In this document: one piece after another, positions 27,901 to 39,800 of the stretch | Position numbering within the stretch: position 1 is the first letter of the stretch | How the letters are laid out: each line of letters starts with the position of its first letter | DNA from: Balanoglossus misakiensis | Lineage: Eukaryota > Animalia > Hemichordata | Assembly (NCBI GenBank): GCA_040954595.2 | Contig: CM082585.2 | Location: forward strand, 12,466,127 to 12,530,126 | DNA length: 64,000 nt | Reading direction: 5' to 3' | Translations under genes and position numbers: made by a program | Notes under the pieces: generated by a model | Seen by the model: the letters and a program-made list of their open reading frames with translations, nothing else | Databases searched by the model: none | Told to the model about the DNA's origin: nothing

Positions 27901-30900
27901 GGGCTAATAGCGGAGCAAACCCTCGCATTGAGAAAGTGGGAATGTCTGGCAGGAATCCTGAAAGTTTTGTCAGTAAAGATATTGTTGAACCAATTGCTCT
28001 CACCATTGACTTTGTCAATGAAAGGTAATAAAACTTTTTATGTCATTGGTGTTATGTATGCAAACAAAATCCATGAAATAATAGACTCTAATACTAATAT
28101 ACTTTTAGCTCCAAATGTGGTAACACAAATAACAAACATTTTTACAATACATCATACAGGCTGTATTGGGCTGATGGTGGACTAGGAACTGTGGAGTATA
28201 TATCACTGACAGGTGGAAATAGACGGCCACTTCTCAATAGTCAGACAGATCATAGTTACCGTGGAATCACAGCTTACCAGGTAATGAACCTAAACTCAAC
28301 CATACTTGTGGTTTCACTTGTGTTGATTCATTCCATTTCACGCTCAAATGTTTCTTCATTTCTCACCTTCCGTCCCCTCTTCCTCCATTCCAGGATTACT
28401 TTTATGTTTCAGAGCAGAATAATGAGTGGATTGTTATTCTAAATAAGGAGGAGAAGAAGCATACACGATCACTGAAAGTTGAGGGACTTGGTGCTATCAA
28501 GTTTTATGATAAAAGTTTGCAGCCCATGGAAGGTAATCATTTATTTATCAATTTGATGAGTAAACAGGCCTAAAGCCCAATAACACATTTTATTTTGTGC
28601 CAAAGTAAGGGCTTTTCTATCTTCAGCAAAATTCTTTGTCATTTTCTTTGTTTGTATGTACAAATGTAAAAAGATTGATTTAATATGGTTTACTTAATAG
28701 AAGTCCAATCAGGTGGAGCATGTGATATTGACAATGGTGGCTGTGAAGAGTTGTGTCTGCCAAGTCCTGATGGTCCTGACTGTTTCTGCCAAGAAGAAAA
28801 TGATGAAACTGGAAAAGTGTGCCAGCCAGGTAATAACATCCTTTATTACTGTTATATGTAACTGAACCACAAGAATTTCAGTGTTACAGTTGTACTGGAA
28901 TGTTGGCTGAAAGTGTTACCTTGCCACATCCAGTAACAAAGCTAAACATTCTTTTATTGTCGTTTTCCAAGGCCTCCACCTAAAGAAAACAATGGACCTT
29001 TGTTTCCTTGATATAACAATGAACAACTTGCATATAGGATATCATGTTGCAAAATGAAGCCTTGACAAGATTGTTGGATTGAGATATTCTTGTTGAAATC
29101 AAAATCAGAATATGAGACACTTTGCAAACATTGTAGCTAAGCAGCTATTCTTACCAGGTTTTCAAATGTTTTTCCCAACAGTATTGCGATGTCCAACCTC
29201 ATTTCTTCATGGCCATGTTACTGAGGACTGTGACAACACCTATGGCAAAACATGTGGCTTTGTTTGTGATGAAAACTTCATACCCACAACAGATGAGCTG
29301 GAGCCTTTGGAATGCCAATGGGACGGACTCTGGAACAGTAAAATCCACAAAGATAAACTTTGTGCATTAAGTAAGTGAAATAGTGTTGACAAGGAATTAT
29401 GAAATACATTTAGTTTCGCCTTTAAAAATGACACTCCCACTACATGAAATATCTTGAACTTGCTGTTTAGATTCCTATGGTCAATAGCTTTTGAATGCTG
29501 CCATAGAAACCAAGCAGATAAGAAAACCAATTGTCAGGCAACATTGCAAAGCACAGTCATTTATTGCATAAAGTAGTGTATCTTGTGTTGTTGGTTTGAG
29601 TTGAGGGTGATTCTCTCTGACCCAAGTAGCTAACATTTAATGAGAAAAAGGCTGTAGTTGACTTCTTTCAGGCTCATAGCCTGTAAATTTAGTGCATTTT
29701 CCATGACATTGTGTTTGTGATAATTTCTTTATTTGCTCTTTCTACAGATTCATCTCTTGATCACTTTATTTTGGTTGCTGATACCCATCAAATCATGCTT
29801 ATCGATGTCATCTCAGACGGGGTTTACAATTTCATTCCACTGCCAATCCAGGAAGTTGTTAATCCAGTTGCCATTGATTTTGATTTTGTGGAGGAGAAGT
29901 TGTACTGGACTGATGCCAATCAAAGGAAAATATACCGAGCTAATGTAGATGGATCTAACAAAGAAATCATTGCTGAAGATGTACAAGGTACCACAGTGTT
30001 GACCAGAGTGGCCTGTTTGTCTCGCAATTAGTTTTATTGCATTTTCTCTTTTAATGTGCAACCACTGGTAATAACATGCCAGTGTGATGGAAAATTCCCA
30101 TCGGAATTCATGACTGAAATTTCTTGTGGTCTTCATGCCATATTTTGACATTGATATTTAATTAGACACATGTTCAGTGATGTGTTTATTTTATACAGTC
30201 AGGTAATTCTTCCAATTGATTTCAGAGGTGCAGCTCTGTTTAAATTGTACTTTATCTTCATTTTTCAGTCCCAGATGGTTTAGCACTTGACTTTGTCGAC
30301 CAACGAGTCTATTGGACTGATGCTGGTAGTGAAAAACGTATTGAAAGATCATATTTGAATGGAACAGACCGTGAAGTTATCATCGGTGATCAGTTGGAAA
30401 AACCAAGGGCTATAATGATTGACGGCACAAATGAGTAAGTGAATTGCCAGACACTGAGGTGGTTCTTGTGTTATATTGTCAAGGGCCACAGGCTTGGGGA
30501 GCACCAAGGGAGAGTTAGTTGTATTCATACCAATTCATATTCCAAAGATCATAGATAAAATATATCTCATTGGCCACTTCCAATAGAAGATATTTTGTGA
30601 TCATCATATTACATAATGACAGCTCTTTTCAAGCTAATGGATGTATTTTCATGTTTTTCTTAGATACATGTATTGGACTGACTGGGACCCCAAAGGGGCA
30701 ACTATCAACCGAGCTAAACTGAATGGCACAGACAGAGAAGTTCTTGTGAATACAGGCCTCACCTGGCCAAATGGCTTAGTTATTGATTTATACAGTAAGT
30801 GTTTCCTAACAGATTGTTTTCTTGCCCTAATACACATTGCAATTTCCCTAGACTTTTACTTCATTGTCATTGTTACACAGTCAGTCTTAACCCTTTCAAG

Positions 30901-33214
30901 CCTGGCTTTCTGGGAACGTATCCGAATTTCTCCTATATATAGGATATCCGGCCAGAAAGGGTTAATCAAGAATGTGTGATGCTTAACGTAATACTCCCCA
31001 TTTTCCTCAGCATTTTCGTTTCAGTTTCATTTTTCTTTACATCAGCTTGACTTAACTAGGACCATGCATGTATTTCTGTCTCTTTCAGCCAACAAACTTT
31101 TCTGGTGTGATGCCAGCCACAATATAATAGAGTCAAGTAATCTTGATGGTAGTAATCGCAAAGTACTCATTAACCTTGGAGAATCTGCTCATCCCTTTGG
31201 TTTAACACTTGAAGGAAACAATCTATACTGGACGGATTGGGTAGAAAAGCATGTCATGACGGCAAATAAATTCACAGGAGGAAAAATCCACTCCATTGGC
31301 CAAGGTTATTTCAATAAGCCTAATGACCTCCATGTTTACAATAGAAATGGATTGATAAAAGGTACCTTACCTCCAACTTCAACAAAACAAGGTATGTAAT
31401 TCTTAATTAAACTAAAATGCATAACACCTTCATTAAAGCCTTGTTATCCCAAATCTGTCTTTGAAGATTTTAACTGCATCATGTTGCAGAAGCAATGATG
31501 TCATAGGAGGCAGATGTGCTGTGTGTTTTTAAGTGACTGTGAGACATTAACATTTGCTTGACAGCAGAAAGTATTTACATATGACCAGTAAGGGAGCAGG
31601 ATTTGTTTGCATGTACAAATTTTGGTGATCTTTGACCTGTTTTTGTAGATCTGAGTTCTGTTGTACTTGGTAATTTATTGTTTGGTCGATATGGATCAGT
31701 AAGGGGCCAGAATTTGTTTCAATATTATGAGCTAACCTTTGACCTACTTTCCCCATATCTCAGCATCTATTGAAACGTACCGCACACTTTGTTCTTGATT
31801 GATGTTGTTGATCAATAAATGTGCAGAGTTTGTCTCAAATTAATTTAGTTTACCTTTGACCTGCATCTTTCAAAAATCAGAGACAGTGTTGCTGATGGTG
31901 TACATAAACTGTACGCACTCTTCTGCCCATGGGATTATTTCATTTTTATAATCTATTGGTTCTGCTTATTATTTTAATTGCATGCTTTGTTGTCGTCAAT
32001 TAGGTCATTTTAATGTTCTGTAGCAGATTGTTTTATTAAACCCATTTGCATGCTATGTGTGACCTAACTTATTTCATTGTATTAAAAATTCAGTTCATAA
32101 TCATTTCTCATATAATAAACATAGGACCAACTACAGAGAAAGTTAAAACAAGCACAACAGATAGCTCCCTGATAACTAATCCAAGGAAAGCTCCCACAAG
32201 TTCAGATATAGGTAAGACAATAGAAAAAAGTCTTTGTAGTGGGGGGTGGGGGGTGTATCAATTGCCAGGTCAAAATCTGTCAAAAGAAAATTAACACAGA
32301 GACAGGAAATATCTTAGGCAGGATAATGTTTATACAAATGAATTAAAAACATGAATTACAACAAACTTGGCCCATAAAGTTAATCATTTTGCTGTAACAG
32401 GTAATTTTCCAAGCACATGTTAATTCTGACGCTTTCTTGCAAATGCATACCTTTCTGGGGGTTTTAGCTTAAGTTTGTTACATACCCACTGAGGGAATTG
32501 TCTATTGCTTGCTGTTTAATGTTGATATTGTACAGTTAAATATACCATGTCAAAAGATGATTGCAGTAGTTTAGTATAGTTATTCTATGTGGTGAGACAT
32601 ATTCGTCATCTTAGTTTTCTCACACATCCAGGGAAAACAACAGAATTGCCAGCATCTAGCAAACCAACGAAGGCGGCCAACAACACAGGGACACCAGGAC
32701 CACATTTTGCAAATTCACACAGCCTTGTTTTACTGCCTGTATTCATAGTTGTGGTGGTTATTGTGTGCATAGTTGTCATTCTGATAATCTATCTCAGGAA
32801 AAGGTAAGATATTTACTCTCACTTTTTATAGAGGGCATCCTTGTTGTACATGTGCCTTGATTTCGTGTTCTCTGTAATCTCCTATCCCTGGCACACTACA
32901 CATAAATTTAAGCATTTTTACATAAACGACATGGAAATTAAAATAGAATTATTTGTCTCATTTAATTTTTACTTCTCCATAGACATAAAACCCCATCCCT
33001 ACCAGCCCGCATGAAGTTTGATCGACCTGTCTACAAGAATCTAACCGAGGAAACAGACAGTGTTCTTGCTTATTATAGAGATGATGAAGCTGAGTTAGCC
33101 AACTCACAAACTGGCAGTACGCAGCAGAGTAATGGTACTGCCCCTCCACAACTAGGACAGTACTCACGGCTTCAGTTTGATAATGGCAACGAATACGTGA
33201 CATTTAGCCAGTAA
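21997..33214 (+). CDS. LDL-receptor-related type I membrane protein: signal peptide, three YWTD beta-propellers, two EGF, one Sushi/CCP, S/T-rich stalk, TM, endocytic tail
   Basis: First exon 21997-22051 ([18 protein letters not shown]). Many YWTD/FWSD/YWAD repeats. [15 protein letters not shown] and [15 protein letters not shown] exon RCPTSFLHG...CGFVCDENF...[34 protein letters not shown]. Tail [14 protein letters not shown]. Stop ends at 33214. Confidence 0.92.
30887..30965. mobile_element. Short piggyBac-like MITE (TTAA target site) in a receptor intron
   Basis: TTAA-CCCTTTC ... GAAAGGG-TTAA. Confidence 0.65.
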
Positions 33215-33235
33215 TCAAATAAAAGCCAAAAACTG

Positions 33236-33261
33236 TTCTTCGGAGTAAGAAGCTCTAAGAA
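33236..33261 (+). promoter_or_regulatory. IRE-like 3'UTR stem-loop, copy 1
   Basis: TTCTT-C-GGAGT-AAGAA-GCTCT-AAGAA, 21 nt after the stop codon. Confidence 0.7.
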
Positions 33262-33367
33262 TTCCATTGATGCTTTTTAAAGATTTCTTTGAAAGAGATC
33301 ACGATACATTACTCTGCAGTTTGGTCTCCAGCTACCAGAGTGCTTTCTGTCAAGACGATGATTTGAA

Positions 33368-33393
33368 CTCTTCGTTGCCAGAAGCTTCAAGAG
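33368..33393 (+). promoter_or_regulatory. IRE-like 3'UTR stem-loop, copy 2 (two U.U mismatches in the upper stem)
   Basis: CTCTT-C-GTTGC-CAGAA-GCTTC-AAGAG. Confidence 0.55.
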
Positions 33394-33522
33394 AGAACAA
33401 CGGCTATGTGACTGTGAATTAGTATCTGTACATAATATATGTATTATGTACAGTACCCCATCTCTTAACAACTTTTGCCAACAGAGAACTTTGAAAGTGT
33501 AACAGTTTTTGTATTTTTGAGG

Positions 33523-33549
33523 CTCTTCGAAGTTAGGGTGCTTCAAGAG
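33523..33549 (+). promoter_or_regulatory. IRE-like 3'UTR stem-loop, copy 3 (6-nt loop)
   Basis: CTCTT-C-GAAGT-TAGGGT-GCTTC-AAGAG. The lower stem extends by AGG/TCT. Confidence 0.7.
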
Positions 33550-34620
33550 TCTACTGTAAATACATGTGTACACCCCAAGAAACTACTTTTATTTTATGTC
33601 TCACAGGAGATTTAAGACAGTTTTTACAGTTACCAAGAAGAAGAATCTTGCAGGTATAAATTAATATAAAAATACTGTTTAAAAGTTTATTATTAGGACT
33701 TTGCCAGCTTCTAATGTTTTTGAGGCACTTTACCCACTCCAACATACAGACATCTAAAACAGTTTGAATTGAAGTTTGTGTCTGTATTAATACAAAACTT
33801 GGAAAGAATGTTGAAAGGTTCCTACACCAGTCACTGTAATGCAGTGAAGTTGTCGTTGCCTTCATAATATCAATATCTGTCTAAATAAAGTAAAAAGTGT
33901 AACACCTACCTTTATTTCCATGCTACCTTAGTTTTTCTTTTGTGTAAATTCAACCAAAGTTATATGTGAGAAAATTGGACCTTTTTATACCTGAAAAACT
34001 ATTTCTATAATTTCCACCAAATGTTTCTCTGTTTATTGTATTTTATTTTTTATTTTATCTACTGTCTAGCCATGTTTAAAAATAGTGTGTAGTTTTTGTT
34101 ATCCCCAACAGCTCCATTCTTTGCAGTCATTACTTAGTCACTTATTCATGTGAACACCTGGATAGTTTTTCCAGCAATGATAGAACTTGCCTTCTATTTG
34201 TTGATCTATAATATATGCAACCACCTGGATGTTTCATTTGACCAATGAATGAAAGCTAACTTGGTGATATTAAAGGATCCCATGCATAAATTAAGTCAGT
34301 TCACCTCTGCAGCCAGACTGGCCACATGTATGAACTGACGATGTCTCTGTACAATTTCAGGTTAGTTTTTCCTTGTACTTTACATGTAGCTTGAAGCTTT
34401 GTATTTTGGTGCATTTTATTGACTTATTCCAGCTCAAGTAATTGGTGTATTTTGGTGTCCAGGCGGATGAAAATATTTATATTTATTGGCATCAATGAAA
34501 AATGAGTGTGACTGATGTAGAAGCCTGATTGCAATTCTTGTCAACAAAGATTTTTTTCTCAAAATGTACAGTCACTATCAGCAGATATTTGACGAGGGGA
34601 GGCTGGTTGGCAAAAATATA

Positions 34621-34649
34621 ACCTATTCGGAGCAAGAAGCTTCAGAGGT
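34621..34649 (+). promoter_or_regulatory. IRE-like 3'UTR stem-loop, copy 4
   Basis: ACCTATT-C-GGAGC-AAGAA-GCTTC-AGAGGT. The lower stem has one bulged A. Confidence 0.65.
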
Positions 34650-35568
34650 CTATGCAATAATGTAGTACCAAATTTTGTAAGTTAAGATTTGTCAAAGTGA
34701 GGATCGTCAACATTTCACTGCTGAAGAATTTTCTTCATCAGTCAAAGGGGTGTGTTTGATGTAAACAATAAGTTAATTTAAGGTACCTTGTTGAGGTTCA
34801 TGGTCAAAGAATTTTTCATGGGAAAGATCAGTGGACAGGTCTTTCTGTGAATTTTATTCTGTGTCACCAAAATCTGTGGTACAGGAAGTATGTATTTGTT
34901 TTTGAGGCTTAAAGGGACAAAGTAAGGAAAGTTTACTTTAAAAAATGTGTAAGTGTTGCCTTGCATAACCTATGGTCATTTTCATCTGAAACGTGGGTCT
35001 ACTGTTTGAATTTTGAATGAATTACCCATGCAAACCTCGCATGCTATCTTAACTGCAATTCGAGCAGGTGCTAATTAACAAAAAGCCTGCCTAAGTGTAT
35101 GAAGAATTGTACTGGGTGATTGACTATACAATGTAGCTGCCTTTTTCTCTCTGCTTGTTATTTCTTTCCTCAACAAATTCAGTATATGAGGGATACAAAC
35201 ACACACTCTATGGGACATTGTGTGGATTATTTTAGATACAAGGTTTTTCTGTTTTGTAGGAACTTACTTGGGTTGGCTATTTAGGTTAGAAAGTATGCTT
35301 GAAGTAAATATTTGACACTTGCATTTTGCCAGTCTTGACTCCTTACTATTCTGTGTTTGGAAAAACAAAAGAATTGAAGACAATTATATTTTGTCAGTGA
35401 GGGCGTGGTGATGGTCAATTCAGGCACAGGGTCCCTGTTTCTGTAGTTTAAAGCTTATGTCTCTTAATTAGTAATATGTTTTATTAATTGTTGTGATAAA
35501 AAATGTCTTGATTGATCAAAAGTTATTTGTTGCATTATCATATTGGTCTTCAAAACCGTCATTTACAG

Positions 35569-35594
35569 CTCTTCGGAGCAAGAAGCTTCAAGAG
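35569..35594 (+). promoter_or_regulatory. IRE-like 3'UTR stem-loop, copy 5
   Basis: CTCTT-C-GGAGC-AAGAA-GCTTC-AAGAG, extendable by CAG/CTG. Confidence 0.7.
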
Positions 35595-36803
35595 ACTGGA
35601 AATGTAATCATTTTTACAAAATCAAAAGACAGTCTCTGAAAGCAATTGAATAAAATTAATATTCTCTCTTTGCCGGAGTTCCTGTGTAATTCACGTCTTA
35701 AAAATTTGTCAGTAATCAAAGTTCATGTAGTGCTCCTAGCCCAATTGCTTGGCATGTCCTGATTCTGATAAGTCAAAGAAAAAAGATTGTATTTTGCAGA
35801 AAGTTCTGCTAACTACTGATTGAAAACAATCTCTCAGATGTAGTTTGTTCCATTAATTTTTAAATTTTGGTTTGTAAAGTCCTGGAGTGTTGTCATGTTA
35901 GGTTAGGTTAGGTTATGTTGTTTATGTCATTGATCATGATGTCATGCTTGTATGCTTTGATTGAATATGGTTTACTTGTCATGTTTTGAAAGTAGTATTC
36001 AAGAGATATGTACACAAAAAAGAAAATGTTAACCAATGACAACTGTTGATTCCACTTTATAAAGGAATCATGGGCATACTGTCAATTTGTCCAAACTCAA
36101 TCCCCGTGTGGACTAAGTCCATATGCTGCTAGTGTTACCTGATTTGTGTAATGTGTCTCTGGCATCAGTATGCACAGTTCCAAACACAGGCCATCTTTGA
36201 ATATGTGCAAATGGTAAACTCATGTTCAGAAAATGTACTATATGTTCTAAGAGAACAGATTTCTCTAAAATTGGACCATGTAATCTTTGTCTCCCTCCAA
36301 AGCAATTTATTGGATACTAGTAATCTGCCCATTTTTTATACAGGTTATAGTAGGTGCAGTGTATTGAAATGAAGTCTATACAAATGTCTCCTGTCTATTT
36401 CCTAGTTCATAGGTTTTCCAGGCTATTAAGTAAAACTAACTTTTTCACCAATGAGTTTTGAATCTGTTTTGTAAACATTCATAATCGATTACATACTTTT
36501 GGCTGTTTCAACATGGCCTGTGATGTTCTGGTTCATACCAATGTCTGAGTTTCCGTTAATGTTGAGTTTATGGTCATATTTTAGTGGATTGAACTTTGTC
36601 GTCAGGTTTACAATAAAGATGAGTTTGTAGAGTCCTATCATTTATGTTTTCTGTGCTTTGTGAGAAAACTTTTCATGGTTTTCTTATTGTCTAAAGAAGT
36701 AATCAGTGGACCTGCCACAATTAGGTATTTAAATGGCATAAATTTGTGTCGTATATAGCAGTTACGTCACTCACACTGATCGCGGGATGCTCTCATCAAG
36801 AAA

Positions 36804-36841
36804 TGTGCCCCTTTAAGTGGTTTGTGCCCCTTTAAGTGGTT
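36804..36841. repeat. 19-bp tandem duplication
   Basis: TGTGCCCCTTTAAGTGGTT x2, between the convergent 3' ends of the receptor and NALF genes. Confidence 0.85.
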
Positions 36842-39800
36842 TGGGTGTAAATGAAAGACACAGGAGTCAATGTTAGTATTAAAGTCAGCCTTCCATTAGA
36901 CCACATTAATGACAAATGTTTGAATACTTCACAAGAAAACTGTACAATCACTTTATTGTACGTTATTCAAATGAATGGAGACTATCGGGTAACTAAGACT
37001 AGTAAAGGATGTTATCAGTACAGGCACACAATTTGGTAGGTAGAAATCATTGTGAAGTTTCCATTGGCAATATTGTCAAGCAAATCAATTTAACATCTCA
37101 AACTTCTTAGGAATAAATACCGGTAAATAGAAAAGAATTATAGTGAAACCTCAGCCATGTTTACTAGACTTTCTTATTTTGCTGATAAAATAATGCCATT
37201 GGGGTTTCATTCAATTCAAATATGTCACATTCAACCCGTAATGCAAATCAATGTCGTATAATCTTGCATTAAAGTATGTTATTTCTTGGACAAATTTTAC
37301 AGTGGTTGTTTTACATATGTGTATAACATTAAAGAACAAAGATCACTATAAATAATTTGTAAGTTATCAAAACTTGGTTAAATTAAGGGATCTTCACCAA
37401 GTCTGGCAAAATGTTAAAAGTACACGATACAATTTCCTAATTTCTAAAGCAATTCTGAAAATGGAAAGTGTTCTAAGTCACAAGCACCTTTCAACACATT
37501 TTACCAGAAACTTTTTCTCACCCCCTTTATATGTGACACACAATGCAGTATTTCTGAAATCAAAATTCTGTTTTATTTTTTTCAGTTTGGAAAAAAACAT
37601 GGCTGCAATTACAGACAGAACAATAAAACACTTTCTATGAATGCTTCAGAATTTTTCCCTGAATGAGCCAGTACTTAAAACTTTATCACTACATCTGTTT
37701 CTCAGTATGATAGCCACTTAAGCCCAAGCACCTGGCTTGATACTGTCACTTTTAATTACATATTAATTAAAATTAATTTTGAGTAAAAATTATACATTCT
37801 CCCATACATGCAAAAATCCCTAAATTAACTACATCACCAGCCTTATTGATTAAAAATTACTTTGTAAAATACACTTGACTTTCTTACTCCAATGGCTACG
37901 AAGCTGGCCATGAGTGAAAATGTAGTAAACTAGAGGTAGGGTTTATAAGGTGTCATGAAGGGTGGGCAGTTGGATGGGAATGGTACTGAACCACAGACAG
38001 GAGAGGAAACCCTCCGTGTGCAGTCTATGACTGAATGGGAAGATGGATGGGAGGTGAAAGGTGGAAAGCAGAGGTGGGTATAGATTATGGTGAAAGGTAC
38101 AAATTTGTCCAGCAGTGTTTTTTATTTTTTGCTCGGGTGGAAAACTCGCTGAACTACAGCAAATGGTAGGCACCAGTAGGGCTATAGCCACTGGAGATGT
38201 TTGGTAGAGGTTTTTGTCAATGCTGTTGTTGTTTTTTAAGGGTCTTCATAAAGACAGAGTTTGTTCAGGCAGGTTTCACTGCTGTAACATAATTGCCCCT
38301 GTCCCAACATTAGAGTCTTATACATGGTCTTGGATAGAAATGGATTAACTGAGCTGCCACCTGTATCAAGAAACACTGCAAGACTGATTTGGCAATTGTA
38401 TTGAACCTGGTGATTGGAGTCTGTGTGCAATGTCAGTTAGGATTGAACATTGGTAACTACATGTCAAAGGATGGGTTTAAGTGAAAAGCTAAATCTGTAG
38501 TGGAAAGGTGCTATTAGAGAAGAAAGAAAGAGGCCACAAAATCTACAATGAATATTCACAAAATGATTGAAGGAAGAAAATACATTTCAGTATTGCAGTC
38601 ATTCTTTAGACATCAAAACATGAGCAATTCATCTGACTTCAATGAACTTCCTGTGATTGTCAACTGTGCCCGAAAGAGGGCGATCTACACACAAATACTT
38701 GCACTTGCTGAGAACAAACGTGAAGTTGTCTATGAATAAACACTAATGCCACAGCTCATTATACAATCTATTTTTTAAAGTCACAGATATGGGAGTGAAA
38801 TTACATGTTCCTTAAAATCAAAAGTACATTATCATCTCTTGAGTATTTATAAGTAACAGTAGTAGCACTATGGACAAACCGATTCAAATATTAGGGGTGT
38901 ATTACATTAAATGGGATCACACTAGTTCAATAGAGGGATAGTTAAGTTAATCATTTGATTGATTTGTTGGTTGGTTGATTGATCGATCGATCGATCATTT
39001 GATTGGAGGAGGGATGCATTCCAATGGAGGAATATAATAAATATTGTGGCAAAGTCAACTGGGTTTTTACTGTACATGCAGAAAAGTACCTTATTTCAGC
39101 TGCAGTGTCACATGATCTAACATAAGGAATATGGTTTTCCACCTCAGTTGGGTAATGAACCAAAAACATGCTTTGAAAGCAAAGGTCAAAGTAACTGGAA
39201 ATATAAGCAATACTATATGTATATATATCACCCAAAAGCATACAATGCGACTTTCTTTACACTCCCATGTCACATGATTGCCAAGTTCAATGCCACCAAT
39301 TGTTGTACTTAAACTGAAAGCTAATTTGGAAAATGTTTGGTTTTGAGAGAGAAAGAAATGCCGGAATGAAATTCGGTGACACCAATGTTTCCATTATTTT
39401 GTAATACTGAAACTATCACATGATTAACAGACCAAACCAAATTATGTCATAGACTATTTGCAGCACTCTTGTCAGGATGGTTTTGATTGGTCAGTTCCTC
39501 CCACATCTGTTGTAATTGTTTCAAAATGATAATCCACTAATCACTCCAGTTCATTAGAGTGAGTTTGTAGTGGCCATTACTTTGACATCAGATCATTAAA
39601 CCTGACCCTTTATCACCCAATCATTACATTTTCTCTGAGACATGGTGACAGCAAATTCCATCAAACTTTTTTGTAACGTATCTTGATGAGATATGACTTC
39701 TTTCAAAGACATTTGCATAAAACAAGATCTATGAAAATGAAAGCATGTTTGCCATTTTAGGAATGTGCAGTTACAAATCAAACCAACAGCACATTTAATC

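Noticed and set aside
33830-33855. CAGTGA as a canonical IRE loop in the receptor 3'UTR
   Set aside because: There is no bulged C at the required position and no 5-bp upper stem.
33236-35594. The five hairpins as SECIS elements, histone stem-loops or MITE remnants
   Set aside because: There is no AUGA/GA quartet and no in-frame UGA was seen in the gene. The size is wrong for a histone stem-loop. There are no TSDs, all copies are on one strand, and the variation is G-U compatible, which points to RNA-level selection.
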